Assembly: GCA_965203905.1 (NCBI GenBank)
Contig: CBDBDQ010000005.1
Location: forward strand, 5,248,001-5,312,000
DNA: 64,000 nucleotides
From: Spirochaetia bacterium
GTDB lineage: Bacteria; Spirochaetota; Spirochaetia; SZUA-6; Bin103
Reading direction: 5' to 3'
Under the pieces are notes generated by a model. That model saw only the letters and a program-made list of their open reading frames with translations, was not told where the DNA came from and made no database searches. Below are positions 40,905 to 50,994 of this stretch, piece after piece (positions within the stretch are counted from its first letter, which is position 1; the number at the start of each line of letters is the position of its first letter). The position numbers and the translations under genes are program-made.

Positions 40905-41807
40905 ATGTGCGGGATCGTTGGGCTGTATCTGAAAGACCGGCGCATGGAGCGCGAGATGGGCAGTCTGTTCGCCACCATGCTGGTGTGCATGAGCGACCGC
41001 GGGCGCGACAGCGCGGGGTTCGCCGTGTACGGCAACGAGCCGCCCGAGGGCTTCGTCAAGGTCACGGTGCGCCACTCGGGAGACGGCTACGACTGGCAGG
41101 CGCTGAGCGGGCAGCTCGGACGGCGCTTCTCGTGTGAGGCGCGGCTGCAGGTGAACGCAAACTACGCGGTGATCGCGGTACGGGCGGCCGCCGGCGAGCT
41201 GCGTCGCGCGCTGGCCGAGCTGGATCCCGGCCTGGCGGTGATGAGCATCGGCCGCAGCATCGAGATCTTCAAGGAGATCGGGTCGCCCGCTTCTATCGTC
41301 GAGCGCTTCTCCATCCACAAGCTGCGCGGCTCCCACGTCATCGGCCACACCCGGATGGCCACCGAGAGCGCGGTGACCACCGACGGCTCGCATCCCTTCT
41401 CCACCGGCATGGACCTGTGCCTGGTGCACAACGGGTCGCTCAGCAACCACAACCGGCTGCGCGCCCGCCTGCAGCGCCGCGGCATCGAGATCCGCACCGA
41501 GAACGACTCTGAGGTCGCGGCCGGTTACCTGATGTGGCGCCTGCAGCAGGGCGATTCCCTGTCCGCAGCGCTGCACGCCTCGCTCGAGGACCTGGACGGC
41601 TTCTACACCTTTGCCATCGGCACCTCCGGCGGTTTCGCGGTGCTGCGCGACCCGATCGCCTGCAAGCCCGCGGTGCTGGCGGAGACCGGCGACTACGTCG
41701 CCATGGCCAGCGAGTTCCAGGCGCTGGCGGCGCTGCCGGGGATCGATGCCGCCCGCGTCTGGGAGCCCAAGCCGGCACAGGTCTATACCTGGGACCGCGC
41801 CGCGTGA
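40905..41807 (+). CDS. mgsA: N-methylglutamate synthase subunit A (class II glutamine amidotransferase, GlxB)
   Basis: MCGIVG N-terminal Cys, RGRDSAG, GHTRMATES, HNGSLSNH; pathway context. Confidence 0.85.
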   Translation: MCGIVGLYLKDRRMEREMGSLFATMLVCMSDRGRDSAGFAVYGNEPPEGFVKVTVRHSGDGYDWQALSGQLGRRFSCEARLQVNANYAVIAVRAAAGELRRALAELDPGLAVMSIGRSIEIFKEIGSPASIVERFSIHKLRGSHVIGHTRMATESAVTTDGSHPFSTGMDLCLVHNGSLSNHNRLRARLQRRGIEIRTENDSEVAAGYLMWRLQQGDSLSAALHASLEDLDGFYTFAIGTSGGFAVLRDPIACKPAVLAETGDYVAMASEFQALAALPGIDAARVWEPKPAQVYTWDRAA

Positions 41808-42526
41808 GCGCCGGGGCTGCGACCGCCGGAGCCGCGACCGCCGAGGTGTTCGACCTGGCCACCGGCACCCTGCGCGAGCTCAACCAGCGGCTGCACGACC
41901 TGACCCCGGAGACGGCGCGCATCCCGTGGCGCATCCTGCACCCGCGCGGCGCGCACGCGGTTGCGGCCGGCGTCGACGCGGCGGTACGGATCGAGATCGA
42001 GGGGCACGTCGGCTACTACTGCGCCGGCATGAACCAGCAGGCGGAGATCACCGTCCACGGCATGGTCGGCGTCGGCGTGGCCGAGAACATGATGTCGGGC
42101 GTGGTGCGGGTCAAGGGCAACGCCAGCCAGTGCGCCGGAGCCACCGGGCACGGCGGCCTGCTGGTGATCGAGGGCGACGCCTCTAGCCGCTGCGGCATCT
42201 CCATGAAGGGCGTCGACATCGTGGTGCACGGCTCGGTCGGGCACATGAGCTGCTTCATGGGCCAGGCCGGCACCCTGGTGGTGTGCGGCGATGCCGACGA
42301 GGCGCTCGGCGACTCGCTCTACGAAGCGAACATCTTCGTGCGCGGCCGGGCGCAGGGGCTGGGCGCCGACTGCGAGGAACAGCCGCTGGAAGCGGCGCAC
42401 CGGGAGCTGCTGGGCGAGCTGCTGGAACGGGCGGCGGTGCGCGGCGCCCGGGTCGACCAGTTCCGCCGCTACGGCTCGGCGCGCCGGCTGTACCACTTCC
42501 ACGTGGACCACGCGGACCAGTACTGA
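41804..42526 (+). CDS. mgsB: N-methylglutamate synthase subunit B (GXGXG domain, GlxC)
   Basis: GYYCAGMN, GVAENMMSG, RCGISMKG, LGDSLYEA. Confidence 0.87.
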   Translation: MSAGAATAGAATAEVFDLATGTLRELNQRLHDLTPETARIPWRILHPRGAHAVAAGVDAAVRIEIEGHVGYYCAGMNQQAEITVHGMVGVGVAENMMSGVVRVKGNASQCAGATGHGGLLVIEGDASSRCGISMKGVDIVVHGSVGHMSCFMGQAGTLVVCGDADEALGDSLYEANIFVRGRAQGLGADCEEQPLEAAHRELLGELLERAAVRGARVDQFRRYGSARRLYHFHVDHADQY

Positions 42527-42534
42527 GCGCCAGC

Positions 42535-43881
42535 ATGTCCTCCGACCGGCCCCCTCCCGGCCTGCGCGAGTCCGCCACCTTCGACCGCTACACCATCCAC
42601 GAGATCCAGCGCGCGGCGCGCACCGGCATCTACCACATCCGCGGCTGGGGCGCGAAACGGCCGCTGCCGCACTTCGACGACCTGGTGTTCCTCGGCGCCA
42701 GCATGTCGCGTTATCCACTGGAAGGCTACCGCGAGCGCTGCGACACCGACGTGGTGCTGGGCACGCGCCACGCGCGCAATCCGATCCATCTCGACATTCC
42801 CGTCACCATCGCCGGCATGAGCTTCGGCGCGCTCTCGGCGCAGGCCAAGGAGGCGCTGGGCCGCGGCGCCAGCGCCGTGGGCACCAGCACCACCACCGGC
42901 GACGGCGGCATGACCGCCGAGGAGCGCGCCCACTCGCGTACCCTGGTATACCAGCTCCTGCCCTCCCGCTACGGCATGAACCCGGACGACCTGCGCCGCG
43001 CCGACGCCATCGAGGTGGTGCTCGGCCAGGGCGCCAAGCCGGGCGGCGGCGGGATGCTGCTGGGACAGAAGATCAGCGAGCGGGTGGCCGAGATGCGCAC
43101 CCTGCCGCCCGACATCGACCAGCGTTCCGCGTCACGCCATCCCGACTGGACCGGACCCGACGACCTGACGATCAAGATCGTCGAGCTGCGCGAGATCACC
43201 GACTGGCGGCTGCCGATCTTCGTCAAGATCGGCGCCACCCGGACCTACTACGACACCCTGCTGGCGATCAAGGCCGGCGCCGACGTGGTGGTGCTGGACG
43301 GCATGCAGGGGGGCACCGGCGCCACCCAGGAGGTGTTCATCGAGCACGTCGGCATCCCCACCCTGGCGGCGCTGCGCCAGGCGGTGGAGGCGCTGAACGA
43401 GTTGGAGATGCACCGCAAGGTGCAGTTGATCGTGTCCGGCGGCATCCGTAGCGGCGCCGACGTGGCCAAGGCGCTGGCGATGGGCGCGGACGCCTGCTCC
43501 ATCGGCACCGCGGCGCTGATCGCCCTGGGCGACAACAGCCCCGAGCTCGACGCGGAGTACCGCAAGATCGGGTCGGCGGCCGGGTTCTACGACGACCTGC
43601 AGGACGGCCGCGACCCCGCGGGAATCTCGACCCAGGATGACAACCTGGCCCGGCGCCTGGACCCGGAGGTGGGCGGGCGCCGGATCGCCAACTACCTGCG
43701 GGTGATGACCATGGAAGCCCAGACCATCGCCCGCGCGTGCGGCAAGTCGCACGTGCACAACCTGGAACCGGAGGATCTGGCCGCGCTGACCGTGGAAGCG
43801 GCGGCGATGGCCAGGATCCCCCTGGCCGGGACCGACTGGGTACCGGGTGCCGGGGATCACCACCCCGAGACGAAACGCTGA
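42535..43881 (+). CDS. mgsC: N-methylglutamate synthase subunit C (FMN-binding glutamate synthase family, GlxD)
   Basis: GMSFGALS, GQGAKPGGGG, RHPDWTGPDDL, DGMQGGTGA, SGGIRSGADVAKA. Confidence 0.88.
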   Translation: MSSDRPPPGLRESATFDRYTIHEIQRAARTGIYHIRGWGAKRPLPHFDDLVFLGASMSRYPLEGYRERCDTDVVLGTRHARNPIHLDIPVTIAGMSFGALSAQAKEALGRGASAVGTSTTTGDGGMTAEERAHSRTLVYQLLPSRYGMNPDDLRRADAIEVVLGQGAKPGGGGMLLGQKISERVAEMRTLPPDIDQRSASRHPDWTGPDDLTIKIVELREITDWRLPIFVKIGATRTYYDTLLAIKAGADVVVLDGMQGGTGATQEVFIEHVGIPTLAALRQAVEALNELEMHRKVQLIVSGGIRSGADVAKALAMGADACSIGTAALIALGDNSPELDAEYRKIGSAAGFYDDLQDGRDPAGISTQDDNLARRLDPEVGGRRIANYLRVMTMEAQTIARACGKSHVHNLEPEDLAALTVEAAAMARIPLAGTDWVPGAGDHHPETKR

Positions 43882-43894
43882 AAGGAGCCATGTG

Positions 43895-45253
43895 ATGGCC
43901 GATCGTGACGCAGTACGGAAACGCCTCGCCGACGAGGGCATCGAGTTTCTCCTCGTCCAGTTCGTGGATGTGACCGGCGCCGCCAAGGTGAAAATGGTGC
44001 CGGTAGCCGCCTTCGACGACGCCCTGGAGGTGGGCGCGGGATTCGCCGGCGCCGCGCTGTGGGGCATGGGGCAGGGACCCCACTCCCACGACATGCTGGC
44101 GCGCATCGATCTCGACTCCTACACCCGGCTGGCCTGGCAGCCCAACACCGTGCGCTTCGCCAGCGACCTGTTCGTCGACGAGGAGTCGCATCCGTTCTGC
44201 GCCCGCACCAACCTCAAGCGGGTGCTGGACGACGCCCGCGCCCGCGGCTACGTGTTCAACGTGGGGATGGAGCCGGAGCACTTCCTGGTGAGCCGCGGCG
44301 ACGACGGCGCGATCCGGCCGTGGGACCCGGACGGCGTCGACTCGCTGGCCAAGCCCTGCTACGACTTCCGCTCCATGTCGCCGGCGATGGCCTACCTGCA
44401 GGAGCTGACCCTGGCGCTCAACTCGCTGGGCTGGGGCGTCTACCAGTGCGACCACGAGGACGCCAACGGCCAGTTCGAGGTCAACTTCGAGTATGCCGAC
44501 GCCCTCACCAGCTCCGACCGCATCATCTTCTTCAAGATGGCCACCTCGCAGGTCGCCAAGCGCCACGGCGCCATCGCCACCCACATGCCGAAGCCGTTCG
44601 CCGACCGCACCGGCAGCGGCCTGCACGTGCACTACCACCTGGCCGACGCCGCGACCGGCGAGAACGTGTTTCTCGATTCCGCGGACGCGCGCGGCCTGGG
44701 CTGCTCGCGGCTGGCCTACCACTTCATCGGCGGCATCGTGCATCACGCCCGCGCCCTGTGCGCGGTGACCAGCCCCACGGTCAACTGCTACAAGCGCCTG
44801 CAGCTCGGCGCGGGGCTCTACTCCAGCCGCTCGGGCTTCACCTGGACCCCGGCGTTCATCACCTACGGCGACAACAACCGCACCCAGATGATCCGCACGG
44901 CGGGGGAGGGCCACTTCGAGGACCGCACCGTGAGCGCCGCCGCCAACCCCTACCTGGCGCTGGCCGCCTACCTGAGCGCCGGCCTGGACGGCATCGACCG
45001 CGAGCTGGAGCCGGGCGAGCCCAACCTGGGCAACATGTACGAGCGCTCGCTGGACGAGATCCGCGCCTCCGGGGTGGGGGTGCTGCCGCAGTCGCTGTCC
45101 GAGGCGGTGGACGAGTTGCGGAGCGACCAGGTGGTGCAGGCGGCGCTGGGGCCGATCGCGGCGGAGTTCATCGCGTGGCAGGCCGCGGAGTGGGCCGCCT
45201 ACGACAGCCAGGTGAGCCGCTGGGAGGTGGACCGCTACCTGACCTCCTTGTAG
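43895..45253 (+). CDS. gmaS: Gamma-glutamylmethylamide synthetase (type III glutamate-ammonia ligase, GlnT)
   Basis: GAGFAG, GMEPEHF, KPCYD, YQCDHEDANGQFE, MPKPF..TGSGLH, YGDNNRT. Confidence 0.85.
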   Translation: MADRDAVRKRLADEGIEFLLVQFVDVTGAAKVKMVPVAAFDDALEVGAGFAGAALWGMGQGPHSHDMLARIDLDSYTRLAWQPNTVRFASDLFVDEESHPFCARTNLKRVLDDARARGYVFNVGMEPEHFLVSRGDDGAIRPWDPDGVDSLAKPCYDFRSMSPAMAYLQELTLALNSLGWGVYQCDHEDANGQFEVNFEYADALTSSDRIIFFKMATSQVAKRHGAIATHMPKPFADRTGSGLHVHYHLADAATGENVFLDSADARGLGCSRLAYHFIGGIVHHARALCAVTSPTVNCYKRLQLGAGLYSSRSGFTWTPAFITYGDNNRTQMIRTAGEGHFEDRTVSAAANPYLALAAYLSAGLDGIDRELEPGEPNLGNMYERSLDEIRASGVGVLPQSLSEAVDELRSDQVVQAALGPIAAEFIAWQAAEWAAYDSQVSRWEVDRYLTSL

Positions 45254-45333
45254 GAGGCTGCCGGCGGGCCGCCTGCCGTCGCCCGCGCGCGGCGGGTGCT
45301 TCGTGGGCCGGTCCGCCTGCCGTGGTCCAGACG

Positions 45334-46578
45334 ATGCCGTTCCGTCTCCTGAAATTCGGGCTCTCCAAGGAGTATCGGGAGCCGCGCATGTTCCGTTCGC
45401 CGGAGCGTCTGCGCGACCGCTACGACGTGGTGATCATCGGCGGCGGTGCGCACGGCCTGGCGGCCGCCTACTACCTGGCCACCGAGCACAACATTCGCGA
45501 CGTGGCGGTGCTGGAGCAGCGCTACATCGGCCACGGCGGCACCGGCCGCAACACCGCCATCATCCGCTCCAACTACCTCACCGAGGAGGGCGCCCGCTTC
45601 TACCAGTTCAGCGTCGACCTGTACCGCGACCTGGCACGCCGCCTCGACTACAATCTGTTCTACTCCGAGCGCGGCCACTTCACCCTCGCACATTCCTCGG
45701 CGGCGCTGCGCACGCAGCGCTGGCGGGCGGCGGTCAACAAGCACCTGGGGATCGACTCCGAGGTGGTGGGCCGGGAGTTCATCAAGCGCACCATCCCCGA
45801 GATCGACCTGGACTGCGGCGGCCACCAGCCGCCGATCGAGGGCGCGCTGTACCACCCGCCGGGCGCCATCGCCCGCCACGACGCGGTGGCCTGGGCCTAC
45901 GCCCGCGGCGCCGACAAGGCGGGCGCGGAGATCCACCAGCAGACCACGGTCACCGGCATCGAGCTGGCCGACGGGAAGGTCGCGGGGGTGCACACCGACC
46001 GCGGCTACGTCGCCACCGGCAAGGTGCTGAGCGCGGTGGCCGGCTGGACGCCCCAGGTCACGCGCATGGTGGGGTTGCGCACCCCGCTGGTGGTGCATCC
46101 GCTGCAGGCGTTCGTCACCGAGCCGTTCAAACCGTGGCTGGACGCCATCGTGGTGTCGGCCAGCCTGCACACCTACATCAGCCAGTCGGCGCGCGGTGAG
46201 CTGGTGGCGGGGGCCTCGCTCGACCCCTACGAGCTCACGGACATGCGCTCCACGCTGGACTTCGCCGAGGGGCTGGCCGGGCACATGCTGGACCTGTTCC
46301 CCTGCCTCGCCGACGTGCGCGTGCTGCGCCAGTGGGGCGGACTGGCGGACATGACGCCCGACTTCTCGCCGCTCATGGGCACCACCCCGGTGCCGGGGTT
46401 CTACCTCGACGCCGGCTGGGGCACCTGGGGCTTCAAGGCCTCGCCGGCCAGCGGCTACACCATGGCCGCCACGGTGGCGGCGGACGCCGACCATGAGCTG
46501 ATCGAGGCGTTCAACCTGTCCCGGTTCCGCAGCTTCGACCTGGTGGGCGAGAAGGGGGCGGCGTCCGTTGGTCACTGA
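45334..46578 (+). CDS. mgdA: N-methylglutamate dehydrogenase / sarcosine oxidase beta-like FAD subunit
   Basis: IIGGGAHG, GRNTAIIRSNY, ARHDAVAW, GWGTWGFK. Confidence 0.82.
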   Translation: MPFRLLKFGLSKEYREPRMFRSPERLRDRYDVVIIGGGAHGLAAAYYLATEHNIRDVAVLEQRYIGHGGTGRNTAIIRSNYLTEEGARFYQFSVDLYRDLARRLDYNLFYSERGHFTLAHSSAALRTQRWRAAVNKHLGIDSEVVGREFIKRTIPEIDLDCGGHQPPIEGALYHPPGAIARHDAVAWAYARGADKAGAEIHQQTTVTGIELADGKVAGVHTDRGYVATGKVLSAVAGWTPQVTRMVGLRTPLVVHPLQAFVTEPFKPWLDAIVVSASLHTYISQSARGELVAGASLDPYELTDMRSTLDFAEGLAGHMLDLFPCLADVRVLRQWGGLADMTPDFSPLMGTTPVPGFYLDAGWGTWGFKASPASGYTMAATVAADADHELIEAFNLSRFRSFDLVGEKGAASVGH

Positions 46579-46590
46579 GGGGAGGATGCG

Positions 46591-46845
46591 GTGAAGGTCC
46601 TGACCTGCCCGGTCAACGGCCCGCGGCCGCTCGACGAGTTCTACTTCGGCGGCGAGGTGCGGGAGATGCCGGATCCGGCCGCGGCGGGCGACGCGGAGTG
46701 GGCCGACTACGTGTGGTGCCGGCAGGGCGAGCCGGGGCGGCGCCGCGAGTGGTGGTACCACGTGCCGAGCAGCACCTGGTTCGTGGCCGAGCGCGACACC
46801 GAGCGCGACGAGGTGCTGCGCACCTACCTGTGGGGGCAGTCGTGA
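46591..46845 (+). CDS. mgdB: N-methylglutamate dehydrogenase / sarcosine oxidase delta-like subunit
   Basis: CPVNGPRPLDEF.GGE, EWWYH..S..WF..ERDT. Confidence 0.85.
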   Translation: MKVLTCPVNGPRPLDEFYFGGEVREMPDPAAAGDAEWADYVWCRQGEPGRRREWWYHVPSSTWFVAERDTERDEVLRTYLWGQS

Positions 46846-46906
46846 AGCCGCGCGCCCGTGCCCTGGCGCCGCGGCACGCGGCTGGTGGGCGCCCCGGGGG
46901 CCCGCC

Positions 46907-49903
46907 GTGAGCGAGCGCCTGCCGCCGCAGCCGGGCGAGTGGATCGATCGCTCGCGGCCGCTGGAGTTCCGCTTCGAGGGACAGCCGTTGCGCGGCTGCG
47001 CGGGCGACGTGATCGCCAGCGCGCTGCTGGCCAACGGCGTGCGGGTGCTGGGGCGCAGCTTCAAGTACCACCGGCCACGCGGCCTCGTCAGCCTCGCCGG
47101 ACACGACGCCAACGCTATGTTCACCGACGGCGTGCGCACCAACCTGCGCGGCGCCGGCACGCCGCTGGAGGCGGGCATGGAGCTGCGCGCCGTCAACACC
47201 GTCGGCGGGGTTCGCCGCGACCGGCTGCAGTGGCTGGAGCGGCTGGCGCGGTTCATGCCGGTGGGCTTCTACTACAAGGCGTTCCACCGCCCGCGCTGGC
47301 TGTTCCCCCGCTTCGAGCGGGCGACGCGGCGCCTGGCGGGACTGGGCCGCATCGACCGCGCGGCGGCGCCGGCCACTGCCGCCGGTGCCTATGCCTGGTG
47401 CGACGTGCTGGTGGTGGGCGGCGGGCCCGCCGGGCTGGAGGCGGCCCTGGCCGCGGGCCGGGCGGGCGCGAAGGTGCTGCTGGTGGAGGAGCAGGCACGG
47501 CTGGGCGGCAGCCTGGGGTGGCAGTACGGCGCCTGCGAGGATGCGCGGGCTGCGCTGGAAGAGCTGTGCCGGGAGCTGGCTGCGCTGGAGAACGTGGAGA
47601 TCCGCTGCTCCACGACGGCCGGCGGCCACTACGCCGACCACTGGGTGGCGCTGTTCGACGCCCGCCGCATGACCCGCGTGCGCGCGCGGGCGGTGGTGTA
47701 CGCCACCGGGGCCATCGAGCAGCCGGCGGTGTTCGGCAACAACGACCTGCCCGGCGTGCTGCTGGGATCCGCCTGCCAGCAGCTCGTGCGCTGGTACGCG
47801 GTGCGGCCGGGCCGGCGGGTGGTGGTGCTGGCGGCCAACCGCGACGCCTACCGGGTGGCCCTGGACCTGCAGGCCGCCGGCAGCGAGGTGGCGCTGATCG
47901 CCGACCTGCGCCCGGACGGCGAGCCGTCGCCGCTGGGCGCGGAGGCGCAGGCGGCGGGGATACCGGTGCTGGCCGCCTGCACGGTGTACGAGGCGCAGGC
48001 GGACCGGCGCACCGGATGGGTGGAGAGCGCGCTGGTCGCCCGGCTGGGGGTTGCACCGGCCGCCGGCAGCGGCGCGGCAGGGCGGGCGGTGGACCTGGAC
48101 TGGCGTGCCCGGATCGCCTGCGACACAGTCGTGCTGTCGGTCGGCTGGACGCCCAACGCGATGCTTCCCAGCCAGGCAGGGGTGCGGTTCCGCTACGACG
48201 AGGAGCGCGCGCAGTTGCTGCCGGCGGAGGTGCCCGATGGCGTGTTCCTGGCGGGGCGGGTACGCGGCGTCTACGAGCTGGCAGCGCAGCGGAAAGATGG
48301 CCGCGGCGCCGGCCTGCGCGCCGCGCGGGCCGCCGGGCTGGGCGACACCAAGGATCCGGAGCCGGCGCGCGGCGAGTCCGATCCCATGGTCCCGCAACCG
48401 GGGCACACGCATCCGGAGCTGGCACCCGTACCCGCGGACCGCGCACCGCGCAGTCATCCCTATCCCATCTTCGAGCATCCGGGCCATAAAAACTTCGTCG
48501 ACCTGGACGAGGACCTGCACCTGGCGGACCTGGCCAACGCCCACCAGGAGGGGTTCGACAGCGTCGAGCTGCTCAAGCGCTACAGCACGGTGGGCATGGG
48601 GCCGAGCCAGGGCAAGCTTGCCAACCTCAACGCGGCGCGCGTGGTGGCGCAGCTCAACGGACACTCCCTGGCGCAGACCGGCACCACTACCGCGCGCCCT
48701 TTCTACCAACCGGTGCCACTGGGCCACCTGGCGGGGATGCGTCACCATCCCATGCGCCGGACGCCCCTGCACGAGTGGCACCAGCAGGCGGGCGCGGTCC
48801 TCGTCCATGCCGGCGACTGGTACCGACCGGAGTACTATCCGCGCCCCGGCGCCGACCGCGGCGCCTGCATCGTGCAGGAGGCGCGGCAGGTACGCGAGGG
48901 CCTGGGGATGATCGACGTGAGCACCCTGGGCAAGCTGCTGGTCAACGGCCCGGACGCGGCCGAACTTCTGGAACGCATCTACACCGGCCGCTTCAAGAAA
49001 TTGGCGGTGGGGCGCTGCCGCTACGGCGTGGCCCTGGACGAGAGCGGCATCGTGATCGAGGACGGCGTGATCGCGCGCCTGGCGCCGGACCGTTTCTACG
49101 TCTCGGCGACCAGCAGCGGCGTGACTGCCTTCTACCGTGAGATGACCCGCTGGGCCACGATCTGGGGGCTGGATGTGACGCTCAGCGACGCCACCGGCCA
49201 CTACGCGGCCCTCAACCTGGCCGGCCCGCACAGCCGCGAGGCGCTGCAGCCACTGGCGGATCTCGACCTGAGCGCCGAGGAGTTCCCCTACCTGGCGGTG
49301 GCAGAGGCCACGGTGTGCGGGGTGCCGGCGCTGGTGCTGCGGGTGGGGTTCGTGGGGGAGCTGGGCTTCGAGGTGCACGTTCCAGCGTGGCACGGGATGC
49401 ACGTGTGGCGCACCCTGTTCGAGGCGGGTGCCGAGTGGCAGGTGTGCCCCTTCGGCCTGGAGGCACAGCGCCTGTTGCGCCTGGAGAAGGGGCACCTGAT
49501 CGTGAGCCACGACACCGACGCGCTGACCCATCCCACCGAGGTGGGACTCGACTGGGCGATCGGCAAGGGCAAGCGGTTCTTCGTCGGCCAGCGCAGCCTG
49601 CCACTCCACGCCGCCCGTCCCGCGCTGCGCACCCTGGTCGGCGTGCGCTGGCCGGACGGCCACCAAGGTCCACTGCCGGAAGAGTGCAACCTCATCATCC
49701 ACGCTGGCCGCATCGCCGGCCGCATCACCAGCATCGCCCCGGTGTCGACGCAGGGCTATCCCCTCGGCATGGCGTTCGTGGAACCCGCGCTGGCCGCCGC
49801 CGGCACCCGCGTGGGAGTGCGGCTCGACGACGGCACGACCAGCACGGCCGAGGTCGCCGAGCTGCCGTTCTACGACCCCGCCGGCGAGCGGCAGCGGCTA
49901 TGA
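46907..49903 (+). CDS. mgdC: N-methylglutamate dehydrogenase / sarcosine oxidase alpha-like subunit (GcvT-like C-terminus)
   Basis: RSFKYHRPRG, VGGGPAG, KRYSTVGMGPSQG, DVSTLGK, LRLEKGH. Confidence 0.85.
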   Translation: MSERLPPQPGEWIDRSRPLEFRFEGQPLRGCAGDVIASALLANGVRVLGRSFKYHRPRGLVSLAGHDANAMFTDGVRTNLRGAGTPLEAGMELRAVNTVGGVRRDRLQWLERLARFMPVGFYYKAFHRPRWLFPRFERATRRLAGLGRIDRAAAPATAAGAYAWCDVLVVGGGPAGLEAALAAGRAGAKVLLVEEQARLGGSLGWQYGACEDARAALEELCRELAALENVEIRCSTTAGGHYADHWVALFDARRMTRVRARAVVYATGAIEQPAVFGNNDLPGVLLGSACQQLVRWYAVRPGRRVVVLAANRDAYRVALDLQAAGSEVALIADLRPDGEPSPLGAEAQAAGIPVLAACTVYEAQADRRTGWVESALVARLGVAPAAGSGAAGRAVDLDWRARIACDTVVLSVGWTPNAMLPSQAGVRFRYDEERAQLLPAEVPDGVFLAGRVRGVYELAAQRKDGRGAGLRAARAAGLGDTKDPEPARGESDPMVPQPGHTHPELAPVPADRAPRSHPYPIFEHPGHKNFVDLDEDLHLADLANAHQEGFDSVELLKRYSTVGMGPSQGKLANLNAARVVAQLNGHSLAQTGTTTARPFYQPVPLGHLAGMRHHPMRRTPLHEWHQQAGAVLVHAGDWYRPEYYPRPGADRGACIVQEARQVREGLGMIDVSTLGKLLVNGPDAAELLERIYTGRFKKLAVGRCRYGVALDESGIVIEDGVIARLAPDRFYVSATSSGVTAFYREMTRWATIWGLDVTLSDATGHYAALNLAGPHSREALQPLADLDLSAEEFPYLAVAEATVCGVPALVLRVGFVGELGFEVHVPAWHGMHVWRTLFEAGAEWQVCPFGLEAQRLLRLEKGHLIVSHDTDALTHPTEVGLDWAIGKGKRFFVGQRSLPLHAARPALRTLVGVRWPDGHQGPLPEECNLIIHAGRIAGRITSIAPVSTQGYPLGMAFVEPALAAAGTRVGVRLDDGTTSTAEVAELPFYDPAGERQRL

Positions 49904-50451
49904 ACGAGACACGCAGCAGCCCGTTGCGGACCCTGGTCGCCGCCGCCCCGGCACCGATCCGGGAACTGCTCAGCCACCCCTCCGAGCTGGTGAAACGCGG
50001 GGTGAAGGGCCCCGGCGTCGCGGCCTGGGCCCAGCGCCACGACCTCCCCCTGCCGGCCACCCGCTATGCCGTGCTGCCGGTGGGCACCACCGGTGTGGTG
50101 GCACGGGCAGGGGAGGGCGAGCTGATCCTGGAGTGCCCCCCGCAGGATGCGCTGTGGCAGCGTTGGCAGGAGGCGCTGGCCGAGGCCACGGAAGGCGTCT
50201 ACGACATGCCGCAGCAGTCGGTCACCCTGGAGCTCAGCGGACCGCACGCCCCGCAGGTCCTGGCCCGGAGCTGCGCCGTGAACCTGGCCGCGGAGCCGGT
50301 CGACACCATCCTCTACACCAGGATCGCCGCAGTCTCGTGCGCCGTGCTGCCACGGGGGGAGGAGGCGTCACGAACCTATCGCCTGTGGGTCGACTACAGC
50401 CTCGCCCCCGACCTGTGGACCGCCCTGGCCGAACTCGCTGAAGACCTGTAA
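49900..50451 (+). CDS. mgdD: N-methylglutamate dehydrogenase / sarcosine oxidase gamma-like subunit
   Basis: ATGA overlap with the alpha subunit; GVKGPG..W, LELSGP..VLARSC, YRLWVD. Confidence 0.75.
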   Translation: MNETRSSPLRTLVAAAPAPIRELLSHPSELVKRGVKGPGVAAWAQRHDLPLPATRYAVLPVGTTGVVARAGEGELILECPPQDALWQRWQEALAEATEGVYDMPQQSVTLELSGPHAPQVLARSCAVNLAAEPVDTILYTRIAAVSCAVLPRGEEASRTYRLWVDYSLAPDLWTALAELAEDL

Positions 50452-50651
50452 GACCGCGGCTCCGCGCGGAGCCGATTCCGTGTGCGAACGCGCTGATCCC
50501 GTGTGCGCTCTGGCCCCACCCGCGGCATTGCCGCCAAGCCCTGGTACCGCGGCGCAGGCGCCCAGCTTCCAGAGCAGGGAAGCCGCGGCAAGTAGTGGCT
50601 CGGTCACTCGGCTTGGTAAGTCAGCGCCGTGTGCGCCGCGTCGCCGGTGGC

Positions 50652-50976
50652 TCAGGGAACGCCGGCGCGGGTCACGGTAGCCGGCGGCTCCCCAACCGGA
50701 AGTTCCCACAGCGCGTCGAGCGCCGCTGTCACGTTCAGCGACTCGCCGTACCACTCGGGGGTAGCGGTGTGCGGCCCGATGCGAATGCCGGCCCCCGCCA
50801 GCCGCGCCACGGTCGGCGCCAGCGGGTCCCCGCCACCCTTCCACCGTGGCGCCGGCGGCACCGCCGGCAACGGCGCGCCATCCGGGCGCAGGAACTGGAA
50901 CCCCCCTGCGCCATTGGCGACTACCTGAAAGCCTCCTCGTGCAGCGCGCGGTGATGGAATCGGCACACGAGGCGTA
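50652..50976 (-). pseudogene. C-terminal fragment of the interrupted DUF222/HNH endonuclease gene
   Basis: Minus strand reads (L)RLVCRFHHRALHEE, then after a one-base frameshift GFQVVANGAGGFQFLRPDG..W; completes the HNH motif left open at 63320. Confidence 0.8.
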
Positions 50977-50994
50977 ATGCGAAGCGTCACATTA
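50975..50994. repeat. 20-bp imperfect palindrome made of RIT-type half-sites
   Basis: TAATGCGA-AGCG-TCACATTA; each half resembles the RIT repeat unit TAATGTGAAG. Confidence 0.7.

Noticed and set aside
43895-45253. Housekeeping glutamine synthetase glnA
   Set aside because: GlnT-type motifs and position between mgs and mgd genes favour GmaS.
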